Source of the DNA: the human T2T-CHM13v2.0 reference genome, Homo sapiens
Length of the DNA stretch: 64,000 nt
Assembly: GCF_009914755.1 (NCBI RefSeq)
Contig: NC_060930.1
Reading direction: 5' to 3' (one strand)
Positions within the stretch are counted from its first letter, which is position 1; the number at the start of each line of letters is the position of its first letter. The notes beneath the pieces were generated by a model that worked only from the letters and a program-made list of their open reading frames with translations, had not been told where the DNA came from and made no database searches. This document shows positions 54,555 to 64,000 of this stretch, piece by piece. Position numbers and translations under genes: made by a program.

Positions 54555-54815
54555 CTTCTGTGGGCATTTCAAGCCCTTATCAATGTCCAATATTCCTTTC
54601 TTCCCAGGTGCATGGAACAGTGGCACTTTTCTTTTGTCTTGAAGTTGTAGCCATTAAACTGCACTGGCCAGTCAAATGTGAGTAGGTGATATGAATCACT
54701 TTCAGGAAACATTTAATTGCCAGACTGCAACTCTCCTGTGTTCTCTTCTCCAGCCCAAAGGCTGCCTTAAGCTTTTGAGGTCACAGGTTTTTACCATATC
54801 ATTACTTAGCCTAAC
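54555..54815 (+). mobile_element. MLT1 (I/J-like) MaLR LTR fragment
   Basis: 'ctggccagtcaaatgtgagtaggtgatatgaatcactttcaggaaacatttaattgcc'. Confidence 0.6.
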
Positions 54816-55419
54816 CCAAGTGAACCAAATGAACGAACCAAATGAACCAAATGAATGAATGAAAACTGCTTTCTTTCTAGCTGGAACTCTTTCCAACATG
54901 ATCCCAAATTAGACAAAGCACCTTCTAAAGCTATTTATGTACCATCATTTCCATAATTAAAACAGGTATAGGACAAACATGGGTAGATGGTAGAATTTGC
55001 TGTCATAGACATAAAGGGAACCAGAGAAAAGGCATTGAAAGACATTGTGATCAGTAAATGCTAAGTGTTGTGCCTTTTCACTCTCTAATTACATAAAGGG
55101 AGTAATTTACAGACTGCTTCACATTACCCAAAATATCTGTCCCGCAGTCAATTGAACATAAATTTTCAAGAATAAGTCCCTCCTCACATGAACCACAGCA
55201 GGAAATAAAAAGCAGTAAGAGGAATTAGACTAGCTGATTTGAGGACCAAAATACCATCCATTTAATATTAGAGAGTTCAACAACAAAAACATAATATACT
55301 TTATGTTTATATGAAGAACTGCATGTTTAGGTTATTCAAGAAATAGGAAAAGCAGACAACAAAAAAGAATGGGCAACTGAAAGAATTTCCAAGGAAGAAT
55401 CTGACATAAAAAAGAATTA

Positions 55420-56470
55420 AATATGTTATTAATGCCCTAGGCACTGATAGATGTCCTAGAGATAGAGCTATGACTAGCAATACCAGATTTGTTTTTATTA
55501 CATGAAAAATATTTTGAGGAGGCTGTGGAATGTGGTGAATTATTACATCTAGAGGCAGAAGGAGGCAAAACAATGACATAAAAAGGAAGGCAAAACTTGA
55601 ACCAGATACTTACAGACAATAACTACAAGAGATAAATAAAACTGATAGTACGAGGAAGAATGGGGAAGGATTGTGGTTGTTGGTGATTTAGAGTCAGAAG
55701 GCTGGGAAGGTCTCTCTAGAAGAAGAAAGTTAACTGAGATTCAAATGATATGAATAATCCAGTGTTTTGAGGTTTTGGTCTCTGAGGTGAGATCACGTTG
55801 GCAGCATTTGAGGTGTAGAAAGTATTCTAGTGAAACTGAAGTGTTCTGAGCCTGAGAAGAATTGTATGAAATGATGTAGGAGATGTGGGCTGGGCCTTTT
55901 TGTGACAGATGCTGGTAGTCACATGATGAGGGCCTAGTTAGGCTTCATTTAGAAAATGCATCCGAATTATGAACTACTATCCAAATACATTTAAAATATT
56001 CTGGTGTATTTTGTAAAGTTAAATACTTCTCTTGTTAATTATGTCTGTTTAGATAGGTCTTGTTAATGAGACAAGAAACACCTGTGTTTGGCTTGCCATG
56101 AAGAATTATACTGGCTGTTTTGACCTCTGGAGGAAGGCTGAGCCCTTTGGCATCACATGTGTTTGCAGCTCGTCAAGCTGGCTGGATATCCCACCTCTCC
56201 ATGCCCTATAGCTCTGTCTCGGAACCTGTGATTGCTGTGAATTGTGTCATCTGCACACAGTTCACTAACCAGTTATGTATAGACTGGTTATGCTACATTT
56301 AGTAGTTTGTGTTTTATTCTGACAGTTGGAAAGCCACAAGAGAGTTTTAAGTTGGGGAGTAACAAATAAATCTATAATTTAATGGGACTACCATGCCTGC
56401 TTTGTGACAAATGGATCACTAGAAGGCAGAAATTGTAGTGGGGTGACCAGTTTGAAGGATGTTGAAATGA
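55420..56470 (-). mobile_element. L2, antisense, split by an insertion at 55953-56295
   Basis: L2 motifs up to 'gagggcctagttaggc' resume in register at 'agtttgtgttttattct...ggaaagccac...gagttttaag'. Confidence 0.7.
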
Positions 56471-57340
56471 CTGCAAATAAACAAGTTTCACAGGTTCTTT
56501 AAGGAAAAAAAAAAAAAGAAATAGCTGACAATTCTATGCCCAATCAAGTTGTCATTGAGATAAAGTTAACAGAATGTTTGTTAATATATAAAATGTTTAA
56601 ATTAAATGTTAAATATATTAAATAAAATCTATTGTAAAAATAAAGCTCTATGTTAAAGCAAAAGGAATAATGGAAATGGAATGAGGGGAGAAAACATACC
56701 AAATAAATCAAGTAAAATATCAATAGTTAAGTTTTTCTCTTTTCAATTATTATTTCTAGAAGAACTAGTTTATGTATTACTTTTATACACTTAAAGCTTC
56801 TAGTTAAGAAATTGCTGCTCTAAGACTTGAGCCTCTGCCAGTGAATGCTACTGTAGCACATAAGGCTTAGGAAGTGGGCAGCATGCTTGGGAATACCATT
56901 ATCTTAGAGACATTTGCAAAAGTTCAAAACTAAACATGTGTAAGTTACTTCCAGTAAAAGTCATCATCTTATACCAAGGCACAAGGAGCTACCACGTCTA
57001 AACCTTAACACAAAGAGAAACAGCAATAGAACTGGTGACTGCAGGGTTTCAGAAACCAACAAAACCAATCATATTATGATTCAAATATAGGTAAACTTGA
57101 GTCATTATCAGATGTTCAAGCACTGATGGTCATCATTCACCCAGATATACATTCTACTCAATCTAGTATTCCCAAGCACTTTTAGGGTCCTCCACTGGGG
57201 TTTGCCACACTCTGGTAAAAAGAATCCCATTTTTAAAATTTCTTAGCCTTTTTATCTTTTTTTTTTTTTTGTCTAAATCAGTTGTTCTCAACCCTGAATT
57301 CACATAATATTGAATCATTCTTTGATATTAAAAACAAACA

Positions 57341-57500
57341 AAAATAGCTAGGCATGGTGGTATACACCTGTGGTTCCAGCTACTTGGGAGGCTGAGGTGG
57401 GAGAATCACTTGAGCCTGGAAGGTAGTGGCTGAGCTGTAATTGTGACACTGCATTCCAGCCTGGGTGACAGAACAAGACCCTGGCTCAAAAAGCAAACAA
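57341..57500 (+). mobile_element. Alu right monomer (FRAM/AluJ-like)
   Basis: 'gctaggcatggtgg...gaatcacttgagcctgg...gaccctggctcaaaaa'. Confidence 0.85.
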
Positions 57501-57501
57501 A

Positions 57502-57828
<327 letters not shown>

Positions 57829-58148
57829 CTAAAAACACAACACTCACAGAAAACAAGCAAGGAAACAAACAAATGAAAATCTACCTCTTCCCCATATGAA
57901 GATGGGTTTAAATCAGAAAACATACTTTAAAACAACACCTTTTTTTAAAATAGTTTTCTTCAGAAAACAAGCTTCCTCTGCGGCCTTCTTAAGGCTCTTC
58001 TCTTACACATCACATATGTCAGAGACAAGGACTGACATGGCTCATTATCAATGCTTCCAGACATTACTCTTTTTCTTTAAATAAGCAAAAAAAAAAAAAA
58101 AAAAAAAAAATCTTTGGTTCCTTTAAGATATATATTGTCTTTCCATAC

Positions 58149-58300
58149 CAGTGTGTCACACACTTTAATGCAAACCATGTGGAGTTTGTATTAAAATGCA
58201 GTGCAGACTATGATTCAGTAAGATTGGAATAGACAAGATTCTGCACTTCTAAAACCTCAGAGGGACTCCAGTGCTGCTGGTCCATGGAATACACCTAAAA
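58149..58300 (-). mobile_element. MER5A-like MITE
   Basis: 'ttaaaatgcag...tgattcagta...ttctgcacttctaa...tgctgctggtccatgg'. Confidence 0.7.
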
Positions 58301-60384
58301 AGCACAAGCCAATATCATCCTCTCTTTCTGTGAATCACCTCTTCGCCCTCCCATTCTTTTGCTCAATTTTAGCCTCTCGTTCACAGACTTTTCTTCCCCA
58401 TCTCCTTTTATCAATCCCAATGATATAAACATCTATATAGATGAAATAATCTCAACCTGAACATTTTTATATTAATAATCTAACATTCAATGATGTTTCC
58501 CTCTACTTCACCTTAACACTTGTACCTTATCAACAAGAAACAAGACTACATTTATATGTCTATTTTAAATATCTGGTTTTCATCTTCCGTTCTGCTGCAC
58601 CATCCTATGTCCCATATTCTTACAGTTCTCCTGATATTGTACATTCATTGCCATCATTTCCTGAATTCATTATGTCCCTGAGCATTTTGACTCTACTACT
58701 TTCTCAGAAGGGCCCTTCTTGTCATTCTTGGTGGGGAGCAGAGGCACATGAGAATCCTATTCTTTCTGGTATCTGCATGAGCAGTCAGCCCACTAACCAC
58801 TGAGCAATTCGTTTCATGTGAATCTTGTCAGTGGCCAAGACACTTGTGCACATTGATCTTGACTGACCCAAAAGAGTATACACCAAGTAAGGGAACAGTC
58901 TTCTCTGTTTAGAGATGGGGATGAAACTTATACAGTTGAAAAAGGAGACAAAGGAAGAGAACAAATGGGGAACATTTGAGTCTCTATTTTCATTAAGATG
59001 GAATTAGGCATCAGATTATCTAAGTTTCCAGCCTTATTTCATCAAATCCTAATTCTGGTACTAGGCTAATTATTACTAAATTTTCATGTGGTGTGCTTTG
59101 CTAATCACTTCTTGTGTTTTCATGAGTGTCTTATTGGAAATTTGTGAAAAAACATGTCAATCCTATCAGGACATGATTTTAAGGTAGAAGCTAAAAAATA
59201 ATTCAGAATATTTTGGGGGGAGTGAGTGATTAGAGAACATGTATAATGGAGAATGATCAGCTCTGGAGCATGTTTACTTTAGCAGTGAATGGCCTAATCT
59301 ACAATTACTTGCATGTTTCTTAGAACATTTTCTTCTCTCTGTATTCTACTACTCTACAGTGATACGTGTATAATAAATTGCCATAGTGATTTGGAATTTT
59401 AAAGCAATTCAGGTTAAGCTATAGTATCTCAAAGCCCCTAGGTAAAATTTAAAGCAGAACACAATTTACTTAGGTTATTTTCATTTTCTGCTTAGTCTCA
59501 CCTTTACTTATTTCTTATTATTAGTCTTCCTGTTTGTTTCATATAGCTAATTTATTTTTGTTTGCAACCTGAAAAAAAAGAACACTAAAACTAAATTTGG
59601 AAAAAAAGTCATAAAATTTCTTATATCATGCCTTATGCCTAATATATTTAAAATGACTTAAGAGAAAATAGCCACCTATGTCTTTTAGATAATTTGTAAA
59701 ATAAACTTTCATATGAGGTGTAATGGAAGAGGTCTCATATTGAATCTTGAATTGGGACAGATATTAAAATATCAGAATCCCAAAAAATTGTTTTAACAAG
59801 TAAAACATTAAATAAAGTACAGAATAACATATGCACAGAAATGAATATACTAAAAAAGCAGGTTTTTCAAATGTAGTCCAGAATAACTTGGCTTTCACAA
59901 TATCACAAAAAGGGGATTTGCCACACCAGAAGAAACCATTCATACATATCACCCCACTTGTTTTTTCCTAATAATAATGTTTATAATTCAGACAGGTCTT
60001 CAAAGACAGGGACCTAATTGGGCTTATGCACTGGATTGGTAGACATAATAAGGTGAAAGTTATGAAGAGCGTGTCAATGAGAAAATTTGATAGTCTTGAA
60101 ACGTAACATATTAATTTGCAGTCTTATCTCAGCAAAACAAGTAACTATCTTATTTTTTGAAATTCGTACTGTTTATCATAGGAAAAAAAAGTGTGGTCCC
60201 ATTAATGTTTAACATAGGAAATTATGTTAGTTTCAGTTTTCACACACCACTGAACTGTCTTTTGATGCCATAGTTTGAAATTATAAAATGTGGAATAATT
60301 AAACATTTATTGAAGTTATAAAAAGTGAGAAAAAATATAATTTTTGAGTCAAGTTTTCACAAACTAAAACTATTTTCTGTTTTA

Positions 60385-60530
60385 CTCTTAAATCTGAGTA
60401 AATCATCTAAAATCTTAAAATATCAATTTTAGAAATAAAATGAAAATAATACCTTGTTTGAAAATTTAACAATGATTATGTGAGAAATAATGCAACAACA
60501 CGTTGAGTTCAGTGCCTGGCATAGATATAC
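60385..60530 (+). mobile_element. MIR fragment
   Basis: 'taaaatgaaaataatacc...gagaaataatgc...cagtgcctggcatag'. Confidence 0.6.
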
Positions 60531-61370
60531 ATCTATCCATTTATTCAGTAATATTTGAACATAGATATTATGAGCATATATTAATATGAAGACACAATTA
60601 GTCGTGATTTCTAAAAAAATAAATACAGATAAAAATGATTTTTATGAGTACTTGCAGCTATGCTATGTCTATTTAACTTAAATATAAAGCTCATATAAAT
60701 AAAGGGAAACTTGAGCAACTGTAATTTTAAATTCCAAAGAGACTTCTTGACTAATTGCTACGTAAACATCCTTTCTTCGACTGGGGAAAAAGTGAATGTA
60801 CAAACATTAAAAAAATTTGTTCACCCTAATGTTGTATCCTAATGCAAAGCTTGAGCTATTATTTTTCTAAAGAGATAGTTAAAAATAAATTACAAAAGAG
60901 GAAGAATGAAAGCATAATGTATTCTGTAATACAGTTATGTTTTATTTTGTGTTAAATTTATTTTTTGCTGCTTTTAATATACCTTATTAGAAAATAGAGG
61001 AAGTCACCTCACATTGCCATAAATGAGAAAAAGTTGTAATTAAATATAATTAATTGAATTAAGTTGCGTATATGGACAGAATATATAAGGACACTTCCCC
61101 TTCCACCAGGAAAGCAAAGAAATAAAAGGTCCTTTGAACAGAGCTTGACCTTCTAAGACAGTTTGTGATAGGAATTCACTGCTCAAACCTATGAAATAAT
61201 TGCAATTGAGGAAGGAAACAATACAAGAGCAGAAGGTTGACAAACCAGAGTGGCTAATATATGTTTATTACTTAATGTTATGTCTTTTCAAAAGTGAAAG
61301 CAGCTTTGGTGAAAAACTTCCAATTGGTGGCTATTTCTTGGCTTTCTTAATCTTTCACCAGCTGACTTAT

Positions 61371-61376
61371 AACACC

Positions 61377-61413
<37 letters not shown>
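61371..61413. repeat. (CACC)n/(CA)n microsatellite
   Basis: Directly visible. Confidence 0.9.
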
Positions 61414-61417
<4 letters not shown>

Positions 61418-61538
61418 TTAGTCTCCCAAAGAGAAAAGTTTATCATATTTCGCCAAGAATTTCCCTAAATTCTGAAATGGTGAAAACAGTCACTTTATCA
61501 GAAGGATGTTCATAATGTTAAATTAACATTTAAAGCAA

Positions 61539-61837
61539 GCCAGGCCTGTAATCCCAGCACTTTGGGAGGCCAAGGCAAGCAGATCCCTTGAGCTCAGGAG
61601 TTCAAGATCAGCCTGGGCATCATGGTGAAATCTCTACGAAACAGACAAAAATTGGCAGGGCTGGTGGCATGCACCTGTGGTCCCAGCTACTTGGGAAGCT
61701 GAGGTAGGCGGATCCCTTGAGCCTAGGAGTCCAGGCTGCAATCAGCCTAGATTGTACCACTGTACTCCAGCCTCAGTTACAAAGTGAGACACTGTCTCAA
61801 AAATAAAAATATAAAGGAATAAATAAATGTAAAAAAA
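61539..61837 (+). mobile_element. AluJ-like element with A-box deletion
   Basis: 'cttgagctcaggagttcaagatcagcctggg', 'aggctgcaatcagc'. 14-bp TSD aacatt(t/g)aaagcaa (61525-61538, 61838-61851). Confidence 0.92.
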
Positions 61838-62215
61838 AACATTGAAAGCAAAAGGGACTTTGTAGACCTCCTACACATGGATACAAATAAGAATTTATCA
61901 TTGAGCTTGATGTTCGCTTTGTCACATTGAGAAAATTTAAATATTATTTCCAGATGAATAAATTTGTTGCATTAAATGTCAATGGTACACTGAAGTGAGA
62001 ATGTGATTTGAACTCAAGAGTCTTTAGAAATTTGTATCAAAAGATAATGTACATGCTTAATTTTTATATGTAATTCACAAATTATAAAATATAATTTGTC
62101 AGAATAAAAAATGGAGTTTTGTACTTACATTTGAGGTTTTATAATTTTATTACAACTTAAACATCTCCATGTCTAATGAACAATATATGCATTACTTCTC
62201 CTGACTACATCAATC

Positions 62216-62267
62216 TGCATTAAATCATAGTGACAGTTGCATTAAATCATAGTGACTGTTACATTAA
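62216..62267. repeat. 22-bp tandem duplication (2.3 copies)
   Basis: tgcattaaatcatagtgac(a/t)gt x2 followed by tacattaa. Confidence 0.9.
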
Positions 62268-63214
62268 CAGCTAAATGCAGATAGTTCTCTTCATTTAGGA
62301 ACATGCTTGTTAATCAGAATTACACAAATCTTGTACATCTCCAGAAACTAACACTGACCTAGAACTTAATTGTTCATCTAAATGCTCTGTGAAGTGTTTG
62401 AATAGGTGTAATTTATTTACTTAGAAATTACCAACACAGATGCTGTCCCCCATTACACACCTCTTTTGTATTCAACTATGATTTAATGGTTTCTTGTACA
62501 AAACTAGTCCAAGCCAATTAAAAAGCAAATAAATAGTCACAGTGGAGGGTAAATTGCCTTTTCTGCCTTCTTGAAGCATGTGTGCACCACTAAGATAAGA
62601 TGTTGTCAATCTGTTAAAATCTCCGTGAATCCATCCTTCTTCACTGCTAGTAGCAGGAAAGCTTTAACACTTTGAACAACTAGGAAGGGTCATTTGTCTA
62701 AGTTGTGGCAAAGCCTAAGGGGCAGAAAGGCCATAGTATTTCCTGCAACACATTAATCTAGACTTTAAAATAATGGAAAATATTCCAAAAGTGTCACTGT
62801 TAAACACACTGTTGTTGGCTTAATTCAACTTCCTTTTTCCCTTCATTTATTCAAGATAAAATAATGCTGTACATTTTATTTACAAACATGAAGCAAAGCC
62901 AATGTCATTAGGATTGTTCAGTGTAGACAATTCATCTATAGAGTCTCAATGAAACCAGTTGCTAAGCCCCCATCTCAAGTAACTTAATGCTGTCACTTCC
63001 TCATCAATTCCTTTGTCCCCCGCTGCCCATTTGCAGTTGTTTAGAATTTTGTTTCTGTTGCCTAGAACAATAATGAGTATTATGATGAAGTTATCAATGA
63101 CAGAAATTTTTAAGCACATTAATTATGCAGTTCTATTTCAATGTTACCAATGTTCTTTTGATAATATATGTCTATTATTTCTATTTTGAATTGCATTTAT
63201 TATAGACTAAAGCT

Positions 63215-63590
63215 GTTGTAATAAAGAATCCGACCAAAATTTTTGATGTTTGATGGCTTACAGCTTCTACATCTCACTCCTCCTTGCTCTCCTACTCCCT
63301 CACATCTATAAAAAGTGGATAAGAAAGTCTGTGTGCTTCCTACTTTGGCACAGGTCAGAAGCTCAAACCATGTAAACCCCTTCCCCTCCTGGCCCCACCT
63401 CCTAACAATAAGGATCCAAAGACAATCTCCCTTCCCTTGCTTTTAGGCCAATTTAGGAGGCCTGCCTTCCTCTCTTCAGAAAAGCCCCATTATGTGAGTA
63501 ACAAAACTTTTTGTGCGCTCTTGGGGTATGTGTGGCTTTATCAGTCTCTACATCTGAACCAAACTGTGGGTAGGAATCTAGCCTGCATCT
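63215..63590 (+). mobile_element. ERVL-class LTR fragment (family uncertain)
   Basis: 'gataagaaag...ctttggcacagg...tcaaacca', 'tgtgagtaacaaaac', 'atcagtctctacatctgaaccaaa' resemble old ERVL LTRs. Confidence 0.55.
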
Positions 63591-64000
63591 TCTGGTTGTA
63601 TACAATGGTTTTATAATTTACGTATGCATATGAAGTACCTGGTAAGATTATAAAGCATAGATTCCTAAACCTTCTGCAAGTTTGTGAATTGGACACTCTA
63701 GTGAGACACCAACAAGTCAGGGTTTTGTTTCTTTTTGTTGTTTGTTTTTTACAGATTTGTGGCATCAACATTTTACCTTTTATACCCATTTCTTGGATAA
63801 ACTTATTAACTCTTTCATTTAAAGTCTTGCTTTACCTTGTGCATTATTCTCCCACTCTTCTTTAAGGCTTAAATCTTTGTATCTTCAATGACAATAAGAC
63901 TTTAGCACACGAATGTGCTCAATGTTACTTCTATCTCAGAACTAATCAAGTAAAACTTGAGAAATATCAGCAACAATAATAAATAGAAATGTCATCATGG

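Noticed and set aside
58087-58110. Isolated poly-A run as the tail of a processed pseudogene
   Set aside because: No convincing TSD and no recognisable mRNA upstream.

Overview
Primate (very probably human or great-ape) nuclear DNA that is AT-rich, CpG-poor and gene-poor, consistent with a large intron or gene desert. I recognise no protein-coding exon, RNA gene or CpG island. The ORFs in the track are chance ORFs or decayed transposon frames. A large part of the window is interspersed repeat: about 10 Alus (J, S and Y lineages), a full-length THE1 (ERVL-MaLR) provirus carrying a nested Alu, solo LTRs (MSTA-, MSTD-, LTR18- and MLT1-like), a 5.2-kb old L1 with smaller L1 3' ends nested in it, a HAL1-like element, L2/MIR/CR1 relics, hAT MITEs (MER5, MER3/33) and microsatellites. 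Subfamily names come from my memory of consensus sequences and need RepeatMasker/Dfam confirmation. I found no convincing novel biological system. The most unusual items are structural: (1) a 343-bp sequence I cannot identify, inserted cleanly into an L2 with a 7-bp flanking direct repeat and a subterminal hairpin; (2) a ~630-bp TA-rich expansion bracketed by a 21-bp duplication and containing a foreign 46-bp island; (3) several perfect or near-perfect hairpins and tandem-plus-inverted micro-repeats.
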